A DNA stretch of 64,000 nucleotides from Clostridia bacterium. Lineage in GTDB: Bacteria; Bacillota; Clostridia; Oscillospirales; CAG-272. The DNA lies in contig CAAFYZ010000036.1 in assembly GCA_900767415.1 (NCBI GenBank), positions 21,084 through 85,083 of the forward strand, given 5' to 3'. Numbering within the stretch: the stretch's first letter is position 1; every line of letters begins with the position of its first letter. Under the pieces are notes generated by a model. The model worked only from the letters and a program-made list of their open reading frames with translations, did no database searches and was not told the DNA's origin. Below, in pieces: positions 24,894 to 35,527 of this stretch. Both the position numbers and the translations under genes were made by a program.

Positions 24894-24970
24894 TGGTAGC
24901 GGAAGTCGGATTTGAACCAACGACCTGCCGGGTATGAACCGGACGCTCTAGCCAACTGAGCTATTCCGCC
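24894..24970 (-). tRNA. tRNA-Met (anticodon CAU, elongator-like)
   Basis: Minus strand: ggcggaatagctcagttggctagagcgtccggttCATacccggcaggtcgttggttcaaatccgacttccgctacca. Lacks the initiator features (C1:A72, triple G-C anticodon stem). An Ile2 (lysidine) identity cannot be excluded from sequence alone. Confidence 0.88.
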
Positions 24971-25011
24971 GTTTGCGCGGAAAATGAGGATGCCTCAAAC
25001 CTTGCTGGAAT

Positions 25012-25040
25012 ATTATATCACGGAGAAATGCAAAAGTCAA
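25012..25040 (-). promoter_or_regulatory. sigma-A type promoter of the tRNA-Met/tRNA-Glu operon
   Basis: Minus strand: TTGACT (25040-25035), 17-nt spacer, TATAAT (25017-25012). About 40 nt upstream of the tRNA-Met 5' end. Confidence 0.7.
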
Positions 25041-25162
25041 GATGTTTTGCAAAGTTTTTCGGATTTTTGGCGATTTTTCCGTTTTTGTAAAAAAGGAGAG
25101 GGATTTTTCGCCCGAGCGGATAGCGAAAAAATCGGCGTCCGAAGGGAATTGCGGGTTGCTTC

Positions 25163-25191
25163 TTGACAAAAACGGCGTTTCGGGGTATAAT
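25163..25191 (+). promoter_or_regulatory. sigma-A type promoter of serC
   Basis: TTGACA (25163-25168), 17-nt spacer, TATAAT (25186-25191). Confidence 0.7.
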
Positions 25192-25253
25192 ATTCTTACT
25201 TTACAGTATGTTTCGGAAAGGTTTCGCGCATCCGGCGCGATGTGGTACTTTTG

Positions 25254-26354
25254 ATGGAAAGAGTGTATAATTTTTCCGCCGGGCCCTCCATGCTTCCGCT
25301 TGAAGTCCTGAAGACCGCAAGAGATGACCTTCTTTGCTACGGGGATACCGGTATGTCCGTGCTGGAGATGAGCCATCGCTCCGCGGAGTTTGCGGAGATC
25401 GTCGCGAGCGCGGAAAAATCCCTCCGCACCCTGCTCGGGATCCCGTCGAACTATCGCGTCCTCTTTTTGCAGGGGGGTGCCACGACGCAGTTTGCCGCCG
25501 TCCCGCTGAACCTCCTCTCCGAGCATAAGTGCGCGGACTATATCATCTCCGGTCAGTTCTCCAAAAAGGCATATATGGAAGCGAAAAAGTACGGCGACAT
25601 CGCCATCGCGGCGTCTTCTGCCGGCGCGACGCCGACCTTTTCCACCGTCCCGGAAGTCAAGCGGTCGGATTTTCGCCCCGACGCGGATTATGTCCACATT
25701 TGTTATAACAATACCGTCTACGGCACAAAATATCATTATATTCCCGATACGGGGAACATTCCGCTCGTCGCCGATATGTCCTCCTGTATCCTTTCCGAGC
25801 CGATCGACGTGTCGAAATTCGGTCTGATTTATGCGAGCGCGCAGAAGAACATCGCACCCGCCGGGCTGACGGTCGTCATCGTACGGGACGATCTGATCGG
25901 CAACGCGCGTCCCGACACTCCCGCCATGCTGAATTATAAACTGCTCGCCGAGAGCGGCTCTCTCTACAACACGCCGCCCTGTTTTTCGATCTATATGGCA
26001 AAACTCGTCTTTGAGCAGATCCTCTCTGTCGGCGGACTCGACGAGATGAAACGCCGTAACGAAAGAAAGGCGAGTCTGCTCTACGATTATCTCGACAGTC
26101 AGAGTTATTATACCGCCCCCGTGGATAAAAAATGCCGCTCGATGATGAACGTCGTCTTCGTTACGGGAGATGCCGAATTGGATAAAAAATTCACCAAAGA
26201 GGCGTCCGCCGTCGGACTCTGCAACCTCGGAGGACATCACTCGGTCGGCGGTATGCGCGCCTCGATCTACAACGCCATGCCCTACGAAGGCGTCGAAAAA
26301 CTCGTCGCCTTCATGAAACGCTTCGCCCTCGAAAACCCGAGATTCGACACCTGA
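25254..26354 (+). CDS. serC: 3-phosphoserine aminotransferase
   Basis: ORF trimmed to MERVYNFSAGPSMLP. Blocks SHRSAEF, FLQGGATTQF and YASAQKNIAPAGLTVVIV (PLP lysine). Confidence 0.93.
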   Translation: MERVYNFSAGPSMLPLEVLKTARDDLLCYGDTGMSVLEMSHRSAEFAEIVASAEKSLRTLLGIPSNYRVLFLQGGATTQFAAVPLNLLSEHKCADYIISGQFSKKAYMEAKKYGDIAIAASSAGATPTFSTVPEVKRSDFRPDADYVHICYNNTVYGTKYHYIPDTGNIPLVADMSSCILSEPIDVSKFGLIYASAQKNIAPAGLTVVIVRDDLIGNARPDTPAMLNYKLLAESGSLYNTPPCFSIYMAKLVFEQILSVGGLDEMKRRNERKASLLYDYLDSQSYYTAPVDKKCRSMMNVVFVTGDAELDKKFTKEASAVGLCNLGGHHSVGGMRASIYNAMPYEGVEKLVAFMKRFALENPRFDT

Positions 26355-26382
26355 CCCGACGCCGGGACCTGTCCCGGATATA

Positions 26383-26427
26383 AGCCCGCCCTGCCGCACG
26401 GATTTTTACGGCAGGGCGGGCTTTTTA
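26383..26427 (+). terminator. intrinsic terminator after serC
   Basis: 14-bp stem agcccgccctgccg / cggcagggcgggct followed by ttttt. Confidence 0.8.
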
Positions 26428-26642
26428 CACGCCCTTTTCACGCTCTTTCCACCCGAAAGAACGTTTTTCCTTTTGCGGAAAGAATCCGCCGTTTCTTCCT
26501 TATAATATATTATAACCTCGTTTTTCCCCGAATGCGGTAAATTTTTGTACATTTCAAATAAAAAAACACATTCCTTTCTCTTTCAAATTGGGGTATAATA
26601 AAAACAACGACGAAAAGTCGAAAAAGAAACGGAGGATCTATC

Positions 26643-27713
26643 ATGAAAAAGATCATCGCAACCATTCTCGCGCTCACACTCGCGCTGACAGCTTTGCTCG
26701 GGCTTGTTTCCTGCGGAGGAAACGAGGCGGGTGAAATCTCTGTCTTCTACTACACCAACGCAGACACCTACATTTCCAGTGTCCGGACCGCAATGAACAA
26801 AATGCTCACCGACGCCGGTCTGAAGTATGCGAACTATGACGCAAACGGCAGCCAGACCACCCAGACCGAGCAGGTCACGACCGCGATCGCGAAGGGCTCC
26901 CGCGCTCTGATCGTCAACCTCGTGGACACCAACTCGGACGATGCCGCGCAGAACATCGTGAACATGGCGAAAGATAAAGGCATTCCCGTCATTTTCTTCA
27001 ACCGTTCGGTCAAAGAATCGGTTATCAAGAGCTATGAGAAGTGCGCCTTCGTCGGTACCGACTACGAAGAAGCGGGTCATATGCAGGGTAAGATGATCGG
27101 CGAGTATGTTCTTGCCAACTATGACAAACTCGACCTGAACAAGGACGGCAAAATCAGCTACGCCATGTTCAAGGGACAGGAAGGCAACCAGGAAGCCATC
27201 GCCCGTACCGAATTTGCGGTAAAAGATGCGAACGCGATCCTGACCGCCGCCGGCAAGCCCGAGCTTGTCTACTACGACGCCAACAATACGAACAAGTACC
27301 AGGTTGACCAGAACGGTCAGTGGTCTGCCGCCGCGGCGAGAGACTATATGAGCACCAACCTCAGCCAGTACAGCGAAGCGAACAACAACATGATCGAGCT
27401 CGTTATCGCGAACAACGACGAGATGGCACTCGGTGCGATCACCGCACTTCAGGAACTCGGATACAACAAGGGCGGTAGTAGCAAGCTGATCCCCGTCTTC
27501 GGCGTTGACGCGACCGATGCGGCGAAAGCGGCAATCAGCGACGGCTCGATGGTCGGTACCATCAAGCAGGACGCGGAAGGCATGGCAAGCGCAATCGCTA
27601 CCGTCGTGCAGAATATGCTCAACGGCAAGCCGATGTTCGATACCATCGATTCGAAGAACGTGGTCGGCTCTTGGAGAGTCAACATTCCTTACGCAACCTA
27701 TCTCGGCAAGTAA
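26643..27713 (+). CDS. mglB: galactose/glucose-type sugar ABC transporter substrate-binding lipoprotein
   Basis: Lipobox [11 protein letters not shown] type-I sugar-binding pattern. Immediately upstream of clear mglA and mglC homologues. Confidence 0.8.
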   Translation: MKKIIATILALTLALTALLGLVSCGGNEAGEISVFYYTNADTYISSVRTAMNKMLTDAGLKYANYDANGSQTTQTEQVTTAIAKGSRALIVNLVDTNSDDAAQNIVNMAKDKGIPVIFFNRSVKESVIKSYEKCAFVGTDYEEAGHMQGKMIGEYVLANYDKLDLNKDGKISYAMFKGQEGNQEAIARTEFAVKDANAILTAAGKPELVYYDANNTNKYQVDQNGQWSAAAARDYMSTNLSQYSEANNNMIELVIANNDEMALGAITALQELGYNKGGSSKLIPVFGVDATDAAKAAISDGSMVGTIKQDAEGMASAIATVVQNMLNGKPMFDTIDSKNVVGSWRVNIPYATYLGK

Positions 27714-27784
27714 TATTGTCATCCCTCCCCGGAGCGGCGCCTGCGCCGCTCCGGGAAAATCCATCCGGAAGGCAGGAAACCATT

Positions 27785-29305
27785 ATGAATGAAACCAAAA
27801 ACGAGGCCGCTCCGGTGCTTCTCCGCATGGAAGGCATCGAAAAGGTCTTTCCCGGTGTCCGCGCGCTCGACGGAGTCAATCTGACGGTCAGAGCGGGCAC
27901 GGTTCACGCGCTCATGGGAGAGAACGGAGCGGGGAAATCCACGCTGATGAAATGCCTGTTCGGCGTCTATGCAAAGGACGGCGGGCACATTTATCTCGAA
28001 GGAAAAGAAATCAATTTTCATCATGCCAAAGAAGCACTGGAAAACGGTGTTGCCATGGTACATCAGGAACTGAATCAGGCGCTCAAACGCAACGTGATGG
28101 ACAACATGTGGCTCGGTCGTTTCCCGACCGTGGCACGCGGGATTCCTCTCACGAGCGAAAAGAAGATGTATGCCGCAACGAAAGAGATCTTCGACCGTCT
28201 CGGTATCGACGTCGATCCGCGGACGATCATGGGAAAACTCCCGGTCTCCAAACGGCAGATGGTGGAGATCGCCAAAGCCGTCTCTTACAATGCCAAAGTC
28301 ATCGTCTTCGACGAACCGACCTCTTCTCTGACCGAGGACGAGGTTGAGCACCTCTTCCGCATCATCAATATGTTGCGCGACGAAGGGTGCGGGATTATTT
28401 ATATCTCTCATAAAATGAAGGAAATTCTCGAAATTTCCGACGAGGTCACGGTCATGCGCGACGGTAAGTGGATCGCCACGCGCGACGCAAAAGACCTGAC
28501 GACCGACGAGATCATCAAACTGATGGTCGGTCGTGAACTGACCAACATTTACCCCCCGAAAACAAACAAGGTGGGAGACGTGCTCCTCGAGGTGGAGCAT
28601 CTGACCGCCCTGTATTCTAAATTGACCGATGTCTCTTTCCGGGCGCACAGAGGAGAGATCATCGGCGTTGCGGGGCTTGACGGCTCGGGCAGAACCGAAC
28701 TGCTGGAAAATATCTACGGTACCGCGACGAGAAAGTCGGGTACGTTGACGTTGGACGGCAAGCCGATCAAGAACCGCTCCGCGCGGGAATCCATCAAAAA
28801 CGGCTTTGCTCTGCTGACGGAAGAACGGCGCGCAACCGGCATTTTCGGGATACTGAATATCCGCGAGAACGCCACGATCGCCAGTCTTGACAAAGATAGG
28901 AAAGGGCCTTTTCTGAGCGAGAAGAAACGCAAAGAAAGCACCGACTGGGTGATCCGGTCGATGCGTGTCAAGACGCCGTCGCAGGAAACGAAGATTCGTT
29001 CGCTCTCCGGCGGCAACCAGCAGAAGGTTATTCTCGGACGCTGGCTTCTGACCGATCCGACGGTACTTCTGCTTGACGAACCGACACGAGGTATCGATGT
29101 CGGCGCGAAATACGAAATTTACCAACTGATCATCGATCTTGCCGCGAAGGGCAAGACGGTTCTCATGGTATCCGGCGAAATGCCCGAACTGCTCGGCGTA
29201 TGCGACCGGATTCTGGTCATGTCCGGCGGTCGCCTCGCCGGGGAAGTGGATGCCGCAACGGCAACCCAGGAAGAGATCATGACCCTTGCCGCCAAATATG
29301 TATAA
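27785..29305 (+). CDS. mglA: galactose/methyl-galactoside ABC transporter ATP-binding protein (duplicated NBD)
   Basis: ORF trimmed to ATG 27785. The N-terminus [46 protein letters not shown]...[17 protein letters not shown]...[11 protein letters not shown] follows the E. coli MglA sequence as I recall it, block by block. Second NBD present. Confidence 0.9.
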   Translation: MNETKNEAAPVLLRMEGIEKVFPGVRALDGVNLTVRAGTVHALMGENGAGKSTLMKCLFGVYAKDGGHIYLEGKEINFHHAKEALENGVAMVHQELNQALKRNVMDNMWLGRFPTVARGIPLTSEKKMYAATKEIFDRLGIDVDPRTIMGKLPVSKRQMVEIAKAVSYNAKVIVFDEPTSSLTEDEVEHLFRIINMLRDEGCGIIYISHKMKEILEISDEVTVMRDGKWIATRDAKDLTTDEIIKLMVGRELTNIYPPKTNKVGDVLLEVEHLTALYSKLTDVSFRAHRGEIIGVAGLDGSGRTELLENIYGTATRKSGTLTLDGKPIKNRSARESIKNGFALLTEERRATGIFGILNIRENATIASLDKDRKGPFLSEKKRKESTDWVIRSMRVKTPSQETKIRSLSGGNQQKVILGRWLLTDPTVLLLDEPTRGIDVGAKYEIYQLIIDLAAKGKTVLMVSGEMPELLGVCDRILVMSGGRLAGEVDAATATQEEIMTLAAKYV

Positions 29306-29319
29306 GGAGGAATCTTTCC

Positions 29320-30408
29320 ATGTCAAACGAAACCACTACCAAACGCAAGAGCCGTCTTTTGCTCTGGTTTGAAAATTTCCGTGCACAGTCCCCGGCAGAC
29401 AAACGCAGAACGATCACCGATCTGCTCTTCAACAACGCCATGTATATCATCATCTTCGTCGCGATCGTTTACGTCGCGATCCGGGTGCCGGCGTTCCTTT
29501 CCGTCTCCTCTATCGTCAACATTATCTCCCTGACCGCCGCCAAACTTCCGATTGCTCTCGGTATCGGCGGTGCGATCGTGCTGACCGGTACCGATATTTC
29601 CGCCGGTCGTGCGGTCGGTCTGACCGCCTGTATCGCGGCGTCTCTTCTTCAGTCGACGACGTACAGCAGCAAGATCTTCCCGAACATCGGGGTCATGCCG
29701 CTCCCGCTCGTACTTCTGGCGGTGATCGTGGTCGGCGCGCTGATCGGACTCGTGAACGGATTCTTCGTCGCGAAGTTCAAACTCCATCCCTTCATCGTCA
29801 CCCTGTCGACGCAGCTGATCCTCTTCGGTCTCGTGCTGATGTACCTGATGATCGGCAACAATAACGGTCAGACGCTTTCGGGTCTTGATCCGGTCTATAC
29901 GGACTTCGTCCGCGGCACGCTCTTCAAGATCGGTAACGTTTCAGTCCCCCGTTACGTGCTGTATGCCATTCTTCTGACCGCCCTGATGTGGGTGATCTGG
30001 AACAAGACGAAATTCGGCAAGAATATGTTCGCGGTCGGCTCCAACGAAGAAGCGGCAAACGTCTCGGGCGTCAACGTCTTTTGGACGATCATCATGGTCT
30101 TCGTGCTGGCGGGCGTGATGTACGGTATCACCGGTTTCATCGACGCCGCGCGTATCGCCTCCATTTCGGCGAACACGGGTCTGAACTATGAGTCCGATGC
30201 GATCGCCGCCTGCGTCATCGGCGGTGTCTCCTTCGTCGGCGGTACCGGTAAGATCAGCGGCATCGTGGTCGGCGTCTTCCTTCTGCAGATCATCTTCGTC
30301 GGTCTGAACTTCCTCTCCGTCGATCAGAATATGCTCTACGTCATCAAAGGCCTGATCATCCTCTTCGCCTGCGCGATCGATATGAGAAAATATCTCGCCA
30401 GAAAATAA
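29320..30408 (+). CDS. mglC: galactoside ABC transporter permease
   Basis: ORF trimmed to ATG 29320 behind AAGGAGGAA. Polytopic RbsC/MglC-type permease (TGTDISAGRAVGL, SNEEAANVSGVNV). Confidence 0.85.
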   Translation: MSNETTTKRKSRLLLWFENFRAQSPADKRRTITDLLFNNAMYIIIFVAIVYVAIRVPAFLSVSSIVNIISLTAAKLPIALGIGGAIVLTGTDISAGRAVGLTACIAASLLQSTTYSSKIFPNIGVMPLPLVLLAVIVVGALIGLVNGFFVAKFKLHPFIVTLSTQLILFGLVLMYLMIGNNNGQTLSGLDPVYTDFVRGTLFKIGNVSVPRYVLYAILLTALMWVIWNKTKFGKNMFAVGSNEEAANVSGVNVFWTIIMVFVLAGVMYGITGFIDAARIASISANTGLNYESDAIAACVIGGVSFVGGTGKISGIVVGVFLLQIIFVGLNFLSVDQNMLYVIKGLIILFACAIDMRKYLARK

Positions 30409-30672
30409 AACATTTCGGAGACGTGAGGACCCCTCCCCGGGAGGGGTACCTCCTCTCCGTGATTTTCCGGAGCCGAGGACACTCCCACGGGAAGGGACGG
30501 TGTCCCGTCGGCGGATGGAGCGGGGCAGTGTTCCGTCCTCGGTTTCGGAAAGTTACCTTCCTTCTTCCTGCCATGCAGGAGGAAGAAAAAACGACCTATT
30601 TTTCGGAAACGAAAAGAAAACATACGGCAGAACGAAAAAACGCCGCACGGATGATCGCGAAAGGAGCAGAGT

Positions 30673-31059
30673 ATGGGACAGAACACGGAACAAAATACGG
30701 AACAGAATACGGAACAGACCGGCACGCCGCGCCCGAAGGGCGGGCTGTACGCCAAGATTAAAATGTCGGTAAAAACCGCGAATATCCTCGTGGCGGTGCT
30801 GGCGGTTGCGCTGGTCGGTGTTTTGATTTTCGCGAGTCTGCATAACGGCTTTACGGTCACCTTCGACACCGGGGGCGGGACGGCGGTGGAGAGTGTGAAG
30901 GTTCTTCACGGTGAGACACTTCCCGCACAGAGCGCGCCGACGCGGGAAGGATACGTGTTCACCGGTTGGTACACCGACCGTGCCTGTACCGCCAAGTGGA
31001 ACGAGGGGGATGCTGTCACCGGCAGTATGACCCTTTATGCGGGTTGGGCAGAGAAATAG
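30673..31059 (+). CDS. small membrane-anchored protein with one Listeria-Bacteroides (InlB B-type) repeat domain
   Basis: 128 aa. N-terminal (QNTE)x3 repeat, TM segment ANILVAVLAVALVGVLIFASL, then FTVTFDTGGGTAVESVKVLHGETL...REGYVFTGWYTD...LYAGW. Confidence 0.6.
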   Translation: MGQNTEQNTEQNTEQTGTPRPKGGLYAKIKMSVKTANILVAVLAVALVGVLIFASLHNGFTVTFDTGGGTAVESVKVLHGETLPAQSAPTREGYVFTGWYTDRACTAKWNEGDAVTGSMTLYAGWAEK

Positions 31060-31188
31060 ACAAAAGGGACGGCAGATCCGAAAGGATGCCGTCCCTTTTT
31101 CTTTCCGCCCCTTCTTCGTTACAATTTCTGCTTGATTTTTTCAAAAAAAATGGTATAATAAAAGCAGTATCGGGCGAAAAAGGGGGAT

Positions 31189-32796
31189 ATGGCTTTGAAA
31201 TACACCGTTCTTGTAGTGGATGACGAGCAGGAACAGCGACAGGCGCTCATCCGGCGCGTGCGTTGGGACGCGGCGGGATTTGAAGTGGTGGGAGAAGCGG
31301 AGAACGGCGTGGAAGCGCTGGATCTTGTCGACGAGCTGGAACCCGACCTCATTCTGACCGACATCCGGATGCCGATGATCTCGGGGCTCGAACTTGCCGG
31401 CAGGGTGCGTGAGATGCGCCCGGCGACGCAGGTCGTCATTCTCAGCGGTTACGACAGTTTTGAATACGCGCGCACCGCGATCGAATACAACATCATCAGC
31501 TACCTGCTGAAACCGATCTCGTCCGACGAAATGTCCGAGGCACTCTTCGAAATTCATCGGAAAATGGACGAAAGATTGGGGCAGTTATTCCCTGCGCAGG
31601 ACCCCGACCTGCAGGCGCAGCTTCGCCGCCTGCGTATCAACGAGTTTTTGCTTCCTCTTTTTCTCGGCAGTAACGAGTCGAGACAGAACGACGCCGACCT
31701 TCTGCGCCATGCGGAATCGCTCGGTGTCGTGGAAGAGAACGCGGCGTCCCCCCGTTTTTGCGTTCTCGTATCGAAATTCAAGAGCGAAGACGGCGTCTAT
31801 ATCGCCGACGCGCGTCATGCCGAGTTCGTCGGCAATATTTTTCACCGCCACGGACTGAAGACGACGGGGCTTGTCGCCTATCAGCGCGTCATCACGCTGG
31901 TGACGCTCGGCGGCACGGGGAAATCGGAGAACCTTCTGGAACTTCCGCTGACCGAAATCGTGCAGACCGCGCGTCGTCTGCAAAGGGAGCACTGCACCAT
32001 CGGCGTCAGCCGTGAATTTAGTGCACTTTCCGACTGTTCCGACGCTTATTATCAGGCAGTAACCGCAAGACGCTATACGTCGGACGGTGCCGGCGACATC
32101 CGTTTTATCGACGACCAGGAAAAAAACGAGGAGTTCGCCATCGACCAGGCGGAGAAGACCGCCGCCATGCTCGAACAGCTGCTCAAAGTCGGGACGGAGG
32201 ATCGCTTGACGGATTTTATCGAGGGACTTTACCGCCACAGCACCCCGGAGAACGCGAATCTCATGATCGCGCAGATCATCGCGACGGCGTGCCGCGTTGT
32301 CGGCTCTCTTTCGGAACAGCCGGACGCCATGCACTTGCTCGCCTCCAACCCCCTCTTTTCCCGCATCACCGCGAACAGCTCGGAGGAGGCGACGAAACAG
32401 GAGATCCTCGACTTCTGCCGAAGGGCACAGACGCTGATCACGCAATCCCGCAAAAGAGACTCCGACGTGCTCTGTGATCGCGTGGTCGAGATCATCGACG
32501 GGAAGTATTCCGACGAGGAACTCTCGCTTGTGAGCGTCAGCGGAGAACTCGCCGTCAGTCCGAACTATCTCAGCGCGCTGATTAAAAAAGTCAAGAAGAA
32601 GAACTTCATCACGCTCCTGACCGAGCGTCGGATGAAGGCGGCATACGATATGCTGGTCTGTACCAATATGCGGATTCAGGAGATCACCGAGCGGTGCGGG
32701 TACAGCGATCAGCACTACTTCAGTTATTGCTTCAAAAAATTCTACGGGGAATCGCCGAACCGCGTGCGTCAGCAAAACAGCGGCGGACAACTCTGA
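31189..32796 (+). CDS. two-component response regulator, REC + AraC-type HTH (YesN-like)
   Basis: VLVVDDE...LILTDIRMPMISGLE (receiver domain) and a C-terminal AraC HTH (GYSDQHYFSYCFKKFYGESP). Confidence 0.9.
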   Translation: MALKYTVLVVDDEQEQRQALIRRVRWDAAGFEVVGEAENGVEALDLVDELEPDLILTDIRMPMISGLELAGRVREMRPATQVVILSGYDSFEYARTAIEYNIISYLLKPISSDEMSEALFEIHRKMDERLGQLFPAQDPDLQAQLRRLRINEFLLPLFLGSNESRQNDADLLRHAESLGVVEENAASPRFCVLVSKFKSEDGVYIADARHAEFVGNIFHRHGLKTTGLVAYQRVITLVTLGGTGKSENLLELPLTEIVQTARRLQREHCTIGVSREFSALSDCSDAYYQAVTARRYTSDGAGDIRFIDDQEKNEEFAIDQAEKTAAMLEQLLKVGTEDRLTDFIEGLYRHSTPENANLMIAQIIATACRVVGSLSEQPDAMHLLASNPLFSRITANSSEEATKQEILDFCRRAQTLITQSRKRDSDVLCDRVVEIIDGKYSDEELSLVSVSGELAVSPNYLSALIKKVKKKNFITLLTERRMKAAYDMLVCTNMRIQEITERCGYSDQHYFSYCFKKFYGESPNRVRQQNSGGQL

Positions 32797-32807
32797 AGGA
32801 GGGACTC

Positions 32808-34544
32808 ATGCGAAAAAAGCATATCGGTAAACTCCGACTCCGCACCATCACCGTCCTCTCGGTGACCGTTGCCATGCTGATTGCCGTGACGATCTGCATG
32901 ACGGTGTTCGCCACCGTGTACAGTACCACCGTCCGTCAGGACGCGCGCGTCAGCGCGTCGCAGACCGTCGAGCAGGCGGCGACGGCGGTCAGCAACCGAC
33001 TGGAAGACATGAAAGAAAAACTGAACGCCGTCAGTGCCATGGTCATGGAGGAGGCGACGCCGGAAGTCTTCCGTACGCGGATTGCGGCGTTGACTTCGAT
33101 CGAGCGCGAGATTTTTGCCGTCACGGTCTATGACGCGGACGGCGGCATTCTTGCCTCGGTCGGCAGCGGATACCGATTGAAAGAACAGCCGAAAAAGGAT
33201 CTTTCCTTCGATCGGGAAGGGTATGAAAAGTCCGACGGATTCTATCTGTCCGCCCCGCACGTCCAGACGCTTTACGAAGGGATCTATCCCTGGGTCGTCA
33301 CGCTGGCACAGCGCACGACAGAACCCGTCTTCGGCACGGGCGTCTATATCGCCATCGACTTTCGCTTTTCCGAACTTGCCGGGTATATCGACAAGGTCGG
33401 CGTCGGCAGACACGGCTATTGTTATATCGCGGACAACGACGGCAATCTCGTTTATCACCCGCAGCAGCAACTGATCTTTTCCGACCTGCGGGCAGAAGAC
33501 ACCGAATGTCTCTTTTCACTCGCGGACGGCGTATACACCGACGGGTGTGTGATCCGTGCCGTAAAGACCGCGACCGACACCCGCTGGCGCATCGTAGGCG
33601 TCAGTTATACCGACGAACTTGTGGCGGAGGGGCGCGACCGCATTATCGGGAGCATCTTCATCTCGCTCGCCAGCTGTGCCGTGATCCTGTTTGCCGTATT
33701 GCAGGTGTATTCGCACATCGTCAGTCGCCCGGTACACGAACTCGCCGACGCGATGAAACGCTTTGAAACTTCCGCCGCGGATTTTCGGTACAGCGGCGGA
33801 CAGGAGGCGGTGGCGGAACTGCATACGCTCTCCGAGAGTTTTGCCCACCTGACGGGGCGCGTGCGGGAACTGATGGAGCAGGTCAGAGAAGAAGAGACCG
33901 CCCTGCGTAAAACCGAGCTGAAAGCGTTGCAGGCGCAGATCAATCCGCACTTTCTTTACAACACGCTCGATTCGATCCAGTGGATGTGCGAGCAGGGAAA
34001 AACCGAAGAAGCCACAAAGATGATAGGGGCACTCGCCCGTCTTTTCCGTATCAGCATCAGCCGCGGGCACGAGCTGATCCCGCTTGAAAGCGAACTCCGG
34101 CACGCGGAAAGTTATCTCGTCATTCAGAGTTACCGTTACCGCAACCAGTTTTCCTATCGGTTCGACGTGGACGGTACACTGCTTCATTATCTTTGCAATA
34201 AAATTACGATTCAGCCGCTGATCGAGAACGCCATTTACCACGGCATCGACCGCATGGTGGACGAAGGGGAGATCGTGATCTCGGTGCAGACCGCGCCCGA
34301 TAACACGGACGACATTCTCATTACGGTATCCGACAACGGGATCGGCATGACCGAAGAGCAGTGTCGGAAGATCCTGCAAAAGGAAAAGAGCGATTCCGGC
34401 GGCATCGGCGTCAAGAACGTCAACGACCGACTGAAAATCTGGTTCGGCGAGCGATACGGGATTACCCTGCGGAGCGAGCCGGACGTGGGGACGACGGTCA
34501 TCGTCCGGATCCCGAAAGTCGAAGAGGAGGTGGAACACCGATGA
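32808..34544 (+). CDS. sensor histidine kinase (YesM/LytS-type His_kinase + HATPase)
   Basis: ORF trimmed to ATG 32808. Two TM segments flank an extracytoplasmic domain. H-box QINPHFLYNTLDSIQWM. ATPase blocks IENAIYHG and DNGIGM. Confidence 0.9.
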   Translation: MRKKHIGKLRLRTITVLSVTVAMLIAVTICMTVFATVYSTTVRQDARVSASQTVEQAATAVSNRLEDMKEKLNAVSAMVMEEATPEVFRTRIAALTSIEREIFAVTVYDADGGILASVGSGYRLKEQPKKDLSFDREGYEKSDGFYLSAPHVQTLYEGIYPWVVTLAQRTTEPVFGTGVYIAIDFRFSELAGYIDKVGVGRHGYCYIADNDGNLVYHPQQQLIFSDLRAEDTECLFSLADGVYTDGCVIRAVKTATDTRWRIVGVSYTDELVAEGRDRIIGSIFISLASCAVILFAVLQVYSHIVSRPVHELADAMKRFETSAADFRYSGGQEAVAELHTLSESFAHLTGRVRELMEQVREEETALRKTELKALQAQINPHFLYNTLDSIQWMCEQGKTEEATKMIGALARLFRISISRGHELIPLESELRHAESYLVIQSYRYRNQFSYRFDVDGTLLHYLCNKITIQPLIENAIYHGIDRMVDEGEIVISVQTAPDNTDDILITVSDNGIGMTEEQCRKILQKEKSDSGGIGVKNVNDRLKIWFGERYGITLRSEPDVGTTVIVRIPKVEEEVEHR

Positions 34545-35512
34545 AACAGGTCCGAAAAATCGCGCTTCTCCTTGCTCTTTTGCTCTTTGCTCTCTCCCTT
34601 TCTTCCTGCGTCGGAAGCCGCGACAGGACCGTAAAGATCGCGGTGATCGTCAAAGCGACCGATTCCGACTTCTGGCACGCGGTGCGGGCGGGGGTAGAAG
34701 CGGCGGCGATCGAATACAATGCGACCGTCACCTTCGAAGGACCTGAAAACGAAGAAGATTACGAGGCACAGAACCGCATGATCGCCGACGCCGTTTTGCG
34801 CGGGGTGAACGTGATCGTGCTTTCGGCGATCGATTACGATCAGAACGCCGACGCCGTGAACGACGCGATCCGCCGCGGCGTGAAGGTCATCACGATCGAC
34901 AGCAACGTAAACTCCGATCTTGTCACGCAGTTCATCGGCACCGACAACTACGAGGCGGGGATCGCCGCCGCGCAGGCCGCCGTTGATTTCACCCCGCCGA
35001 GCGGAGCGAAAATCCGTATCGGACTGGTCAATTATATGAGCGAAACCGCGAACGGCCGTCGGCGGGAAGAGGGCTTCCGTGCCTATATCGCCTCGGTCGG
35101 CAACGCGGAGATCGTCGCGTCGGTTACCGCCGACAGCAACGAGGCGAGTGCCACCGTCGGTGCAAAACAACTTCTCGAGGCATACCCGGAGATCAATGTG
35201 CTGGTCGGATTCAACGAGTGGATGACGCTCGGCGTCGGCAACGCGATCCGCGAAAAGGGGAAGGCGGAGAGCGTCCGCGGCATCGGCTTCGATTCCAACG
35301 TGATCTCCGTCGGAATGTTGGAGACCGCGGAGATGGACGCCCTGATCGTACAGAACCCCTTCGCCATCGGCTACCTCGGCGTCCGCAACGCCGCGCGTCT
35401 CGCCGTTGGCGACGATGTCGGCAATGCCAAAATTTCCACGGCGATGACGACGGTGACGAAGAAAAATATGTTTGATGCGGATATTCAGAAAATTCTGTTT
35501 CGTTTTACCTGA
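34541..35512 (+). CDS. periplasmic sugar-binding lipoprotein (PBP type I) coupled to the kinase
   Basis: ATGA overlap with the kinase stop. Lipobox LSLSSC. RbsB-like blocks KIAVIVKATDSDFW and VKVITIDSN. Confidence 0.85.
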   Translation: MKQVRKIALLLALLLFALSLSSCVGSRDRTVKIAVIVKATDSDFWHAVRAGVEAAAIEYNATVTFEGPENEEDYEAQNRMIADAVLRGVNVIVLSAIDYDQNADAVNDAIRRGVKVITIDSNVNSDLVTQFIGTDNYEAGIAAAQAAVDFTPPSGAKIRIGLVNYMSETANGRRREEGFRAYIASVGNAEIVASVTADSNEASATVGAKQLLEAYPEINVLVGFNEWMTLGVGNAIREKGKAESVRGIGFDSNVISVGMLETAEMDALIVQNPFAIGYLGVRNAARLAVGDDVGNAKISTAMTTVTKKNMFDADIQKILFRFT

Positions 35513-35527
35513 AAGGAGAATTTACCC

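Noticed and set aside
24218-24920. ORFs of 191 aa and 228 aa (minus strand) and 155, 113 and 86 aa (plus strand) with internally repeated peptide sequence.
   Set aside because: The internal repeats come from translating the three tandem DNA units. One ORF runs through both tRNA genes. None has an RBS. The helix-preserving substitutions point to RNA or DNA structure rather than coding.
24948-26399. 483-aa minus-strand ORF.
   Set aside because: It is antisense to serC and overlaps the tRNA promoter region.
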